Assembly (NCBI GenBank): GCA_017517805.1
Contig: JAFWYD010000089.1
Span: 26,887 to 90,886 of the forward strand
Direction: 5' to 3'
DNA: 64,000 bases
Source: Akkermansia sp.
GTDB taxonomy: Bacteria; Verrucomicrobiota; Verrucomicrobiia; Verrucomicrobiales; Akkermansiaceae
The notes under the pieces are model-generated. The model worked only from the letters and a program-made list of their open reading frames with translations. It was not told where the DNA came from and searched no databases. A program made the translations under genes and the position numbers. Below, in pieces: positions 7,096 through 16,194 of this stretch (positions are counted from its first letter, which is position 1; the number at the start of each line of letters is the position of its first letter).

Positions 7096-9306
7096 ATGTT
7101 CCGATTATTACTCAAGCCGACTCGCCGCCTGTTGCTCAGCTCGATTTTCCTGCTGATGGCGACTCTGCTGACCGGGTGCGATGACGATGGTGCCGCCCTG
7201 GGGCTGGAGTGGAAGCACCCATCGGATTTGACGATGCCGCCCGGCTTTGCAGAGACGGATGACGTGCCGACCTACACGAAACGCTGGCACATGCCGCCTG
7301 GTTTTGCCGGGTTCCCGCAGCGCTGGAATGCCCAGGTGCGTGAGTATGTGGAGCAGCACGCCGCCGAAAGCCGCCAGACCTGCGAGGCCGCCATGGTGCA
7401 GTACCTGACAGCGGCTCCCGGCAGCACCCGCCAGCACCGCGCCAAGATGCGCTTCATGAATACCTGGCAGAACCTCATGAACCTGAGCCGCCGCCAGGAG
7501 CAGGGGGATTACCTCGTCTTCCGCCGTGAGATTGAGCTGCCGGAGGACCTGGAGTGGCACGATGGCATGGACCAGCCTGAGCTGGGTAGTCCGAAAGCGC
7601 AGAAAGGCGGTACTCTCCGCCTGGCTCTGCAGCGCTCCTTCCCCAGCACGTTCCGCGTGTTCGGCCCGAACAGCAATAACGCCTTCCGCCGCTACCTGTA
7701 TGATGATATAGACCTGCCGCTTATCCGCCTGCATCCCGGCACCGGAAAGCTGATTCCCGGCACCGCCGACCGCTGGGCGGTTTCCAGGGATGGCCGAACG
7801 GTCTATTTCCACATCGATGAAGCCGCGCGCTTCTCCGATGGCTCGCGTCTCACGGCCCGCGATTTCATCACCTCGCTCTATGTGCGGACCTCACCCTACG
7901 GCGTGGAGCCGTTCTACAACGACTACTACATGGGCAATTTCTCGCGTATAGAGGTGTATGGCGACCAGTACCTGGCCGTTACCTTGGCGGCGGCGCGACC
8001 GTATGCGCCATTCTACGCCTCCCTTCCGCCGAGCTGCACCGCGTTCTATGCTGAATTCGGCCCGGATTATCCCACCCGCTACCTGTGGCGCGTAGCTCCT
8101 ACTACTGGTGGCTATACCGTGAACCCGTACGATGTGATCATGGGGCGTCAGGTCAGCCTCATCCGCGTGCCGGACTGGTGGGCAGCCAACCGCAAGTACA
8201 CGCGCTATTCCTGCAACGTGGACCACATCGTGTACCAGTTTGTTTCAGAAAATACGAAAGTGCGCGAGCTGTTCCGCCTGGGGCAGCTGGATGTGTTCAA
8301 TGCCCGCGAGGCAGATTTCTGGTACGAGGGGCTGGAGATGGAACCCGTGCACCGCGGCTTGGTGCAGCGGGTGCATTTCAGCAATATCTGGCCGCGCAAC
8401 TGTTTTGGTTTCCATCTGAATTGCTCCCAGACCCCATTCAATGATAAGAATATGCGCCGCGGGTTCCACCATGCGCTGAATGTGCAGCAGGTGCTCGATA
8501 CGGTTTTTCGCGGCGATTACACCCGCCTGGGGTCGTATTTTTCCGGTTTCGGCCAGTATACCGATGAGAGCATCAAGGCATTGCCCTATTCCCCGGAAAA
8601 GGCCCGCGAGTGCTTTGCCCGCGCCGGGTATACTATCGAGGAACCGGATGGTATCCTGGCCCGCCCCGACGGTACGCGCCTGCAAGTGACACTCAGCAGC
8701 AGGATTGACCCGCTCTATACCAACTGCATGAATATCCTGCGCGAAGAAGCTGCCCGCTGCGGTCTCGACCTGCGACTCGACCAGACTGATGATACCGTGC
8801 TCTACTCCCGGGTGAAGGCCAAGCAATACCAGGCTGCCATTTTCTCCTGGGGCTTTTCGCCGCCCCTGCCGGACCCGGCACCCTTCTTTGATTCGGCGTA
8901 TGCCTTCAATGCCGATGGAGTCCCCATACCGGGAACCTCCAACATCACGGCTACCAACTCTCCCTCGCTCGATCGCGCCATCCTGGCATGCAAAGCTGCC
9001 ACAACTGAAGCCGCCGCCGTGGCGGCCCACCACCAGGCCCAGCAGTTGATAGCCGCTACCCTGGCATGGGTGCCGGGCTGGACTACTTCGTACTGGCGTT
9101 TCGCCCAGTGGCGCTGGCTGCGCTGGCCCGATGAACCCGGCTGCCGCTTCTGCCCGCCCTGCTATTACGACCCGCTGGATAGTCATTTGTACTGGATTGA
9201 TGAAAAGATGAAGGAAGAGACGCTGCGCATGCGGCTCTCCGGTGAGTCCCTGCCTGAGGTGGACCTCGAAATCCCCCTGCCTGCTGAAACTGCTGAAGCC
9301 CCATGA
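7096..9306 (+). CDS. ABC importer substrate-binding lipoprotein (solute-binding family 5, YejA/OppA-like), 736 aa
   Basis: Lipobox LLTGC. The block PFNDKNMRRGFHHALNVQQV fits the SBP_bac_5 pattern. Sits between the permease and ATPase genes. Confidence 0.8.
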   Translation: MFRLLLKPTRRLLLSSIFLLMATLLTGCDDDGAALGLEWKHPSDLTMPPGFAETDDVPTYTKRWHMPPGFAGFPQRWNAQVREYVEQHAAESRQTCEAAMVQYLTAAPGSTRQHRAKMRFMNTWQNLMNLSRRQEQGDYLVFRREIELPEDLEWHDGMDQPELGSPKAQKGGTLRLALQRSFPSTFRVFGPNSNNAFRRYLYDDIDLPLIRLHPGTGKLIPGTADRWAVSRDGRTVYFHIDEAARFSDGSRLTARDFITSLYVRTSPYGVEPFYNDYYMGNFSRIEVYGDQYLAVTLAAARPYAPFYASLPPSCTAFYAEFGPDYPTRYLWRVAPTTGGYTVNPYDVIMGRQVSLIRVPDWWAANRKYTRYSCNVDHIVYQFVSENTKVRELFRLGQLDVFNAREADFWYEGLEMEPVHRGLVQRVHFSNIWPRNCFGFHLNCSQTPFNDKNMRRGFHHALNVQQVLDTVFRGDYTRLGSYFSGFGQYTDESIKALPYSPEKARECFARAGYTIEEPDGILARPDGTRLQVTLSSRIDPLYTNCMNILREEAARCGLDLRLDQTDDTVLYSRVKAKQYQAAIFSWGFSPPLPDPAPFFDSAYAFNADGVPIPGTSNITATNSPSLDRAILACKAATTEAAAVAAHHQAQQLIAATLAWVPGWTTSYWRFAQWRWLRWPDEPGCRFCPPCYYDPLDSHLYWIDEKMKEETLRMRLSGESLPEVDLEIPLPAETAEAP

Positions 9307-10289
9307 GTGCCGACTATTTGCTTGAAGTCAAGAACCTGAGTGTTGCCTTTGAAACCGAGCGCGGATTATCGCGCGCGGTGGATGATATCAGCTTCTTCAT
9401 CCCCCGAGGCAAGTGCGTGGGTATTGTGGGCGAGGTCGGCTGCGGTAAAAGTGTGACCGCCATGAGCCTCATGCGCCTGCTTCCCCAGCCATACGGCAGG
9501 ATTGTTTCCGGTGAAATTCTCTTCAATGGTGAAAATGTGCTCACCATGTCTGCCGATAAGCTCCGCGACCTGCGCGGGGGCCATGTCGGCTTTATTTTCC
9601 AGGAACCCATGAGCGCGCTCAACCCCGTGCACACCGTTGGTGACCAGATTGCCGAAACCCTCATGCTGCACCGCGATTTATCGCCGGAGGCCGCCTGGGT
9701 GGAGGCTATCCACTTGCTCAACCGGGTGCGTATCCCCAGCGCCGAGCTCTGCGCCAACCAGTACCCCGGCTCACTCTCGGGCGGGATGCGCCAGCGCGTC
9801 GTCATCGCCATGGCTCTGGCCTGCCGCCCAGAACTCATCATCGCCGATGAACCTACCACTGCGCTCGATGTGACTGTGCAGCAGCAGATTCTGGCCCTGC
9901 TGCGCGAACTGCACGAGGACCTTGGCGCTTCCTCTCTGCTTATTACCCATGACCTGGGGGTCATTGCCCAGCATTGCGACCGCGTGCTGGTGATGTATGC
10001 CGGTCGCATCGTGGAAAGTGCCCCGGTGGAGGAGCTCTTTGCCAACCCCCGCCATGCGTATACCAAGGCTCTCCTTGCGGCCATGCCGCGCAGGGATTAT
10101 GTGCGTAAGACGCTGCTGCCGGCCATTCCGGGGCATGTGGCTTCTATCCGCCACCAGGTGACCGGCTGCCGCTTCTGCCAGCGCATGGGAATTCCGGTAG
10201 AGGAGCTCACCGAGCGGCCCCCTATGGTCGAAATCGCCCCCGACCACCGCATAGAGGCCTGCCCCCGCTGCACCGGCATTTCCGGTTGA
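9303..10289 (+). CDS. ABC transporter ATP-binding protein (DppD/OppD type, single NBD)
   Basis: Walker A GEVGCGKS, signature LSGGMRQRV, Walker B LIIADEPTTALD, and an oligopeptide-type C-terminal Cys-rich tail. ATGA overlap with the SBP gene. Confidence 0.92.
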   Translation: MSADYLLEVKNLSVAFETERGLSRAVDDISFFIPRGKCVGIVGEVGCGKSVTAMSLMRLLPQPYGRIVSGEILFNGENVLTMSADKLRDLRGGHVGFIFQEPMSALNPVHTVGDQIAETLMLHRDLSPEAAWVEAIHLLNRVRIPSAELCANQYPGSLSGGMRQRVVIAMALACRPELIIADEPTTALDVTVQQQILALLRELHEDLGASSLLITHDLGVIAQHCDRVLVMYAGRIVESAPVEELFANPRHAYTKALLAAMPRRDYVRKTLLPAIPGHVASIRHQVTGCRFCQRMGIPVEELTERPPMVEIAPDHRIEACPRCTGISG

Positions 10290-10319
10290 ACGTATGTCGG
10301 AGAGGAGCCTGAAAATGGC

Positions 10320-10347
10320 TTGACAATTAAGTTGGAAAGCGTAGAAT
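10320..10347 (+). promoter_or_regulatory. Near-consensus sigma70 promoter of aspS
   Basis: TTGACA (10320-10325), 16-nt spacer, TAGAAT (10342-10347). The ORF-track ATG at 10346 lies inside the -10 box, which supports the downstream start at 10409. Confidence 0.6.
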
Positions 10348-10408
10348 GGACGCCGCTGCGTTCTTCTCCGGGAGCGTTGTCTTTATCTATTTTCTCAATA
10401 TTCTCATT

Positions 10409-12256
10409 ATGAACAGTTACCGTACCCATACGTGCGATGAGCTCCGCCCCGCTCATGTAGACCAGGTTGTGACCCTGGTCGGCTGGGTGGACACCGTGCG
10501 CGACCACGGCGGTGTGATTTTCATCGACCTCCGCGACCGCGCCGGCAAGACCCAGGTAGTTTTCCACCCGGAAATTGACGCTAATCTTGCCAATCAGGCC
10601 GAGGCTCTGCGCGTGGAAACCGTGATTCAGGTGACCGGCAAGGTGGTGCGCCGCCTCAAGACGGACGAGATTGATGCCACGAACCCCGACCTGGCTACCG
10701 GTGAAATCGAGGTGGAAGCAAGCTCTCTGACGGTGCTGAACCCCGCTGCCGTGCTGCCGTTCCAGCTGGATCGCAACATTGCCAATGAGGATATCCGCCT
10801 CAAGTACCGCTTCCTGGACCTGCGCCGCCCGGCCATGCAGCGCAACATGATTCTGCGCCACCGCATCACCAAGACCATGCGCGACTATCTGGATGAGCAG
10901 GGTTTCCTGGAGATTGAGACTCCCATCCTTTCCAAGAGCACGCCTGAAGGTGCCCGCGACTTCCTGGTGCCGAGCCGCCTGACCCCCGGTGCCTTCTATG
11001 CTCTGCCTCAGGCTCCGCAGCAGTACAAGCAGCTGCTCATGGTGGCCGGTATGGAGCGTTACTTCCAGGTGGCCCGCTGCTTCCGCGATGAAGACCTGCG
11101 CGCTGACCGCCAGCCCGAGTTCACCCAGATTGATATCGAGGCTTCCTTCATCACGCCGGAGGATATCTACGGCTGGATTGAGGCGATGCTCAAGCGCGTG
11201 TTCAAGGAGAGCGTGGGCCGTGATATCGTGACTCCCTTCCCCCGCATGACCTGGCATGAGGCTATGGACCAGTACGGTTCCGATAAGCCAGAGCGCCGTT
11301 TCGAGATGAAGATTACGGATTGCTCCGATATCTTTGCCAGCAGCGATTTCCGCGTGTTCTCCAGCGCCATTGCCAGCGGCGGTGTGGTGAAGGCTATCAA
11401 TGCCAAGGGCTTCAACCCCTCTGTGGGGCAGGTGGATTCCCTCACCCAGACCGCCATCGAGGCTGGTGCCAAGGGCCTGGCCTACATCAAGGTGCGCGAC
11501 GTGAATGACCGCGACGGCTGGAAGAGCCCCATCACCAAGCGTCTGACGGATGCCGAGATTGAGGCCCTGAAGGAGCGCCTCAACATTGAGAGCGGTGACT
11601 GCGTATTCTTCGCCGCCGGTGCCTGGGAGCAGAGCTGCACCATCCTGGGCCGTGTGCGTCTTGCCTGCGCTGATTTCATGGAAATCCTGAAGGGGAACGA
11701 CGAGGTTGACCTGTTCTGGGTGAACCGCTTCCCGCTCTTCGGCTGGGACGAGGAGGAGCAGCGCTACTGCGCTATCCACCATCCCTTCACCCGCCCGGTG
11801 CCGGAGGATGTGGAAAAGGTGCTCAAGGGCGAGATTTCCACCGATATCTGCGCTGAGGCCTACGATGTTATTTTCAACGGCAATGAGCTGGGCGGCGGTT
11901 CCATCCGTATCCACGAGAAGGAACTGCAGGATGCGACCTTCCGCGCCCTGGGTCTGGATGATGCCACGATTCAGGAGCAGTTCGGCCACCTGCTGGCGGC
12001 TTTCTCCTTCGGCGCACCGCCCCACGGTGGCCTGGCCCTGGGGCTGGACCGCGTGGTCATGCTTATCGGCAAGTGCGACTCTATCCGCGAGGTGATTGCC
12101 TTCCCGAAGAACAATCGCGGTGCCGACCTCATGAGCGAATCTCCCGCCCCGGCTGAGCCCAACCAGCTGCGCGATGTGCATATCCAGGTGAAGCTGCCTG
12201 AGAAGCTGCGCCAGAAGCTGGAGGCCGAAAAAGCCGCCGCCGGGCAGCAGGCTTGA
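10409..12256 (+). CDS. aspS: Aspartate--tRNA ligase
   Basis: Starts MNSYRTHTCDELR. Class II motifs FRDEDLRADRQPEFTQIDIE, and GGGSIRIH..GLDR at the C-terminus. About 615 aa. Confidence 0.95.
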   Translation: MNSYRTHTCDELRPAHVDQVVTLVGWVDTVRDHGGVIFIDLRDRAGKTQVVFHPEIDANLANQAEALRVETVIQVTGKVVRRLKTDEIDATNPDLATGEIEVEASSLTVLNPAAVLPFQLDRNIANEDIRLKYRFLDLRRPAMQRNMILRHRITKTMRDYLDEQGFLEIETPILSKSTPEGARDFLVPSRLTPGAFYALPQAPQQYKQLLMVAGMERYFQVARCFRDEDLRADRQPEFTQIDIEASFITPEDIYGWIEAMLKRVFKESVGRDIVTPFPRMTWHEAMDQYGSDKPERRFEMKITDCSDIFASSDFRVFSSAIASGGVVKAINAKGFNPSVGQVDSLTQTAIEAGAKGLAYIKVRDVNDRDGWKSPITKRLTDAEIEALKERLNIESGDCVFFAAGAWEQSCTILGRVRLACADFMEILKGNDEVDLFWVNRFPLFGWDEEEQRYCAIHHPFTRPVPEDVEKVLKGEISTDICAEAYDVIFNGNELGGGSIRIHEKELQDATFRALGLDDATIQEQFGHLLAAFSFGAPPHGGLALGLDRVVMLIGKCDSIREVIAFPKNNRGADLMSESPAPAEPNQLRDVHIQVKLPEKLRQKLEAEKAAAGQQA

Positions 12257-12278
12257 TACTGCTCTCCCCCTGTTTTTT

Positions 12279-12319
12279 CCGTACCTGCAGGAATTCTGGC
12301 CTGCAGGTACGGTTTTTTC
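12279..12319 (+). terminator. Rho-independent terminator after aspS
   Basis: Perfect 13-bp stem ccgtacctgcagg/cctgcaggtacgg, loop aattctgg, then tttttt. Confidence 0.85.
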
Positions 12320-12371
12320 TGGAAAAATTAGTTTTATTAAGATAAATTCTGGTGCAACGAACGCTTTAGTT

Positions 12372-12938
12372 ATGACGGAAATGAACTCCCATTCCCCCAC
12401 AGAGACTGCCGCAGCCCGAATCGACTGGTCTGCATGGCTGGCAGAATTCGGCTCGCAGCTGCTTCTGTATGCCCGCCAGCAATGCCGCAGTGAGGCTGAT
12501 GCAGAAGATGTGTTGCAGGAGGCGCTCGTGCAGCTCGTGCATGCGGTGGAGGGCGGTTCGTTTACCGGCAGCCGGGACCAGTGGCGCTCGTACGCATATA
12601 CTGCGATTCGGCATCTGGCCATGGACCGCGGGCGCCGCGAGCAGGTGCGCCGCAATTATGCCACCGCTCAGCAGGAAATGCTCAGCGAGGGTGAAGAGGA
12701 GACTCCATGGCTCAGTTGCTCCGCGGATGATGAGTACCTGCGCCGGCGGCTGGAGGCGCTGCTGCGCAGCCTGCCGGCTGAGTTTGCTGAGGTGGTGGTG
12801 CTCCACATCTGGGGCGAGCATACCTTCCAGCAGATTGCCGATATGACTGGTCAGAAATTATCCACTATCACCTCGAGATACCGCTACGCCTTGCAGACGC
12901 TGCGGAAAGAACTGGAAGCAAACCCGATAGAACGCTGA
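12372..12938 (+). CDS. ECF-type RNA polymerase sigma factor (sigma-70 family)
   Basis: 188 aa. Region-2-like DAEDVLQEALVQL and region-4 HTH-like block HTFQQIADMTGQKLSTITSRYRYALQTLRKEL. Confidence 0.8.
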   Translation: MTEMNSHSPTETAAARIDWSAWLAEFGSQLLLYARQQCRSEADAEDVLQEALVQLVHAVEGGSFTGSRDQWRSYAYTAIRHLAMDRGRREQVRRNYATAQQEMLSEGEEETPWLSCSADDEYLRRRLEALLRSLPAEFAEVVVLHIWGEHTFQQIADMTGQKLSTITSRYRYALQTLRKELEANPIER

Positions 12939-12941
12939 ATC

Positions 12942-13472
12942 ATGGACACAAAAACAGAAATTGAAACAGCTACCGCAATGCCGGTTGCCATGTCTGACGC
13001 TCTGCAGAGCAGGCTGCTGGCAGCAATGCAGCGGGCTTCTGATGAGGAGCTTGAATGCCGGGAGATGGAGCAGCTTCTCCGCCGTATGCACCCTGCGGAT
13101 ATGCCTGCCCGCCTGGTGGGGCAGCTCGGGGTCCAGATGTTTGTCGAGGCCGGGCAGAAGAATCGACGCGCCCGCCGCAGGAGTTACTTGTGGTGCGGTA
13201 GTGCGGCTGCTGCGCTGTTGTTCTGTGCTGTGGCTGGTTCACTGCTGATGAGCGGCAATGCCGTGGCAGAGGATAATAAGCAAGGGCTGGCAAGCCGCAA
13301 TGTGATTGATGCTCGCTCAACGGGGCGTGTGATCTGGCGCCAGGGTGAGGCTCCCAAGCGCCACTACGAGGTGCTGTATGAGGATTCTTTTGTGCTGGAG
13401 TCTGAGGAATCGACTACGGTTATCCGCGTACCCAACAAGGCTGAAGTCGAGGTGGAGGAGGAATATCTATGA
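12942..13472 (+). CDS. Putative anti-sigma factor (single-pass membrane protein)
   Basis: 176 aa, 3 nt downstream of the ECF sigma gene. One central TM helix (YLWCGSAAAALLFCAVAGSLLM). The call is by position only. Confidence 0.5.
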   Translation: MDTKTEIETATAMPVAMSDALQSRLLAAMQRASDEELECREMEQLLRRMHPADMPARLVGQLGVQMFVEAGQKNRRARRRSYLWCGSAAAALLFCAVAGSLLMSGNAVAEDNKQGLASRNVIDARSTGRVIWRQGEAPKRHYEVLYEDSFVLESEESTTVIRVPNKAEVEVEEEYL

Positions 13473-14242
13473 AGAAGCTGCTCTGCAGTCTGGTGCTGGC
13501 ATGTGGGCTGGCTGCGGTGCACGCTGCTGAGGAGCAGCGTGCTATGTTTGGTGTTGTGGTGGAGGAAAACGCTGTTGAGTACCAGGGGGGAGTTGTGGTG
13601 CGGGCTGTGCGTCCGGGGAGCCCGGCAGAGTCGCTGAATCTGCAGCCTGGCGACAGGATTGAGCTCATGAACGGCTTACGCGTGAATTCCAAAGGGGAGA
13701 TGCGGACTCTCCTGCGTTCGCTCCGCCCGGGGCAGTCCCTTGAAATCCTTTACTACAAAGCAGGGAGTGCAGAGCCGGATCGTGCAACGGTTGTCCTGGC
13801 GGCTCGCCCCGCACGCTTGAAGTCCAACCCAATCAGCCCCGGGGGGGCTTTCGGTGGCGACCGTATGGTTCGCCCGCTGGTGATTAATCCGGAGATTCAC
13901 GCAGCCATGCGCGGACACAGGCGGGCGGTGGTGCAGCAGTTGTCGGAAATGGCAGGGGATTTTTCCCCCGGGCAAGTGACGGAGCATTTGCAGGCAATCC
14001 GGAATCTGGCGCGCGATGCGAATCCGCGTGGGCGAGGCTGGATGCTGGGTAAGGCCGGTGAAGTGACGCTTCAGTTTCGGGATGCCGAGGGTACCCTGGT
14101 ACTGTATGGGGCTGACAATGTGCTTACGCTTACTGTGTATGATGCCGCAGGCGGGCTTTTGTACACATGCCCGCTGAATACGCCGGAGGAGCGAGCTGCG
14201 GTGCCGCAGTCGGTTATGGAGCGCTTGAAACGCCTGCGTTGA
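13469..14242 (+). CDS. Secreted PDZ-domain protein
   Basis: Signal peptide MKKLLCSLVLACGLAAVHA. PDZ-like core GVVVRAVRPGSPAESLNLQPGDRIELMNG. ATGA overlap with the anti-sigma gene. Confidence 0.7.
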   Translation: MKKLLCSLVLACGLAAVHAAEEQRAMFGVVVEENAVEYQGGVVVRAVRPGSPAESLNLQPGDRIELMNGLRVNSKGEMRTLLRSLRPGQSLEILYYKAGSAEPDRATVVLAARPARLKSNPISPGGAFGGDRMVRPLVINPEIHAAMRGHRRAVVQQLSEMAGDFSPGQVTEHLQAIRNLARDANPRGRGWMLGKAGEVTLQFRDAEGTLVLYGADNVLTLTVYDAAGGLLYTCPLNTPEERAAVPQSVMERLKRLR

Positions 14243-15131
14243 GCAACTGATTGATAAGTTGCAGGGTGATGCACCCGCTTTCGTGCAGGGAGCGGGGGCA
14301 GATGCGGCTCATGTTGTCGCGCGGTGTGTGCCACCAGCTGCTGCCGGAAAAAGCAGCAATGAGGTTCAGGCTATCCACGCCTGCCTCCTGATACGGTACG
14401 TGGTCATCGAGATAGGAGCCGGGCCAGACGGTCCATCGTTCTTCGCTGTAGCCCAGGGCCTTGACTGCAGTTGTGTAGTGGGCATACATGAAGTCGGAGG
14501 TATCGAGCGCGGGGATGGCGATGCATTTGTTGCGCCCACCCACCATATCCAGGTTGATTTGCCAGCGGGGCAGGGAGGCACCGCGCCGCTTCACATCGAA
14601 CTTCGAGCCATAGAGACCATCTGTATCGCTCATGCGCGGGGCAAAGGATTCTTCGCCATCCAGGAAGATGAGTTCGACCTGTGCGCTGCTGAGCACCCGG
14701 GCAAGCTCCAGCAGCACAGCGGCACCGCTGGCCCCGTCATCCGCGCTCTGGAAATCCGGCGCGATGTTGATTTTGGTATCGATGTGGCAGCTGAGGAGCA
14801 GGGGGGGCTGTGCGTCGTTGCGGTGGGCTCGCAGATTGGTCATGCGCACCCCGTTCGGAGCAGTAAAGGTATCGCGCGTGGTCTGCCAGCCAGCTGCGTG
14901 CAGGTGCTTTTCGAGGTATTGCAGCTGTTTTTCGTAGGCGGCAGAGCCGCTGTAGCGGGGACCCAGGGCGCAGATGGCGGCACAGTGGGCATAGGCGTTG
15001 TGGCCGCTGAACTCCGGGGTGTTGACTAGTGCCGGGGCAGGTGGGGGCGGTTCAGGAGCGGCCGGGGCTGCGGTGGGGGAATCATCGCAGCTGCATAGCA
15101 GCAGGAGTAGCGGCAGGAGGCGGCGCATCAC
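14214..15131 (-). CDS. M28-family metallopeptidase / glutaminyl-cyclase-like lipoprotein
   Basis: Lipobox LLLCSC. M28 metal-ligand blocks SCHIDTK, DDGASGAAVLLELAR and FLDGEE. Its 3' end overlaps the convergent PDZ gene by 29 nt. Confidence 0.75.
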   Translation of the reverse strand: MMRRLLPLLLLLCSCDDSPTAAPAAPEPPPPAPALVNTPEFSGHNAYAHCAAICALGPRYSGSAAYEKQLQYLEKHLHAAGWQTTRDTFTAPNGVRMTNLRAHRNDAQPPLLLSCHIDTKINIAPDFQSADDGASGAAVLLELARVLSSAQVELIFLDGEESFAPRMSDTDGLYGSKFDVKRRGASLPRWQINLDMVGGRNKCIAIPALDTSDFMYAHYTTAVKALGYSEERWTVWPGSYLDDHVPYQEAGVDSLNLIAAFSGSSWWHTPRDNMSRICPRSLHESGCITLQLINQLLNAGVSSAP

Positions 15132-16012
15132 AAGTTTTCGCTGATACCGAAAATCTGCAGGATGCGGACCAGGTCTTCACGGCCAGCATAGGGGATTTCG
15201 ATGACACCGTTGTTCTTGCCTTTCATGGCGATATTCACCTTGGTGCCGAAATCGTGGGAAAGCTGGGTGCAGACTCGCGCATAGGCCGGCGGCAGGACCG
15301 GTTCTTCCTTGGGAAGCACCGGGGCGGGGTTGAGCATGTTGCGCACCAGCTGCTCGGTCTGGCGCACGGTCAGAGTGCCGCGCGCGACCCGGTGGGCTGC
15401 CAAAGTCTGCTTATCAGCGTCTTTCAGTTGCAGAAGCACCTTGGAATGCCCCACGGTGATCTGCTGCTGCTCAAGAAGCTCGCGCACCTCGGGGGCAAGG
15501 TCGAGCAGGCGCACCATGTTGGCAATCACCGCGCGGGATTTGCCCACATGCTGGGCAATTGTCTCTTGCTTCATGCCGAATTTTTCCTGCAGCAGGCGAT
15601 ACTGCTCGGCTTCTTCCAGCGGGCTGAGGTCGGCGCGCTGCAGGTTTTCGATGAGGGCAAGTTCGGCTACTTCCTGGTCGGAGGCTTCGTGGACCACGAC
15701 CCGGACCGTCGTCTGCCCCAGGCGGGTGATGGCTCGCAGTCGTCGCTCACCGGCGATGAGTTCGAAGCTGCCGTTCACCTTGCGCACAACGAGGGGCTGG
15801 ATGAGCCCCCGCTCACGGATGGAGGCAGCAAGCTCTTCAATCTGCTGCTCGTCAAAATGGCGGCGGGGCTGGAAGGGAGAGGCTTTGATATCCCCCACCT
15901 TGGCAACGATGACGCGCTCGCCATCTGCCACAGTATTGATGGGGGTGGAGGCGGTTTCCTGCTTCTTCATGATGAGGGCACCCAGCCCCTTTCCTAATGC
16001 TTGCCTGGCCAT
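15128..16012 (-). CDS. parB: ParB/Spo0J chromosome partitioning protein
   Basis: 294 aa. KGLGALI N-terminus, ParB-box GERRLRA, and an HTH segment QETIAQHVGKSRAVIANMVRLL. Confidence 0.92.
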   Translation of the reverse strand: MARQALGKGLGALIMKKQETASTPINTVADGERVIVAKVGDIKASPFQPRRHFDEQQIEELAASIRERGLIQPLVVRKVNGSFELIAGERRLRAITRLGQTTVRVVVHEASDQEVAELALIENLQRADLSPLEEAEQYRLLQEKFGMKQETIAQHVGKSRAVIANMVRLLDLAPEVRELLEQQQITVGHSKVLLQLKDADKQTLAAHRVARGTLTVRQTEQLVRNMLNPAPVLPKEEPVLPPAYARVCTQLSHDFGTKVNIAMKGKNNGVIEIPYAGREDLVRILQIFGISENL

Positions 16013-16130
16013 AACGTGTGCGGGCCATTCTAGCTTATTCTAACCCGAAAAGCAAACTAATAATGCTCCTTGCTGACACGCGCAGGGGAAAATGTGAGTC
16101 ATTTCTGCTTGTTCGCAGAGGATAAGTCAA

Positions 16131-16165
16131 CAAGAAACCGGGCGGCCTGTCGGCAGGCTGCCCGG
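16131..16165 (-). terminator. Candidate terminator after the 16195-17529 lipoprotein gene
   Basis: 12-bp GC stem (one mismatch) at 16138-16165, followed on the minus strand by tttctt. Confidence 0.5.
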
Positions 16166-16194
16166 TGTGGGGAGAAATAGTGTATCCGGTATCC

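Noticed and set aside
10097-12655. 852-aa minus-strand ORF, the longest antisense ORF in the track
   Set aside because: It lies antisense to the unmistakable aspS gene and to the start of the ECF sigma gene. Its translation is low-complexity (Ala/Gly/Arg/His-rich) with no motif. Long stop-free antisense frames are expected in GC-rich coding DNA.
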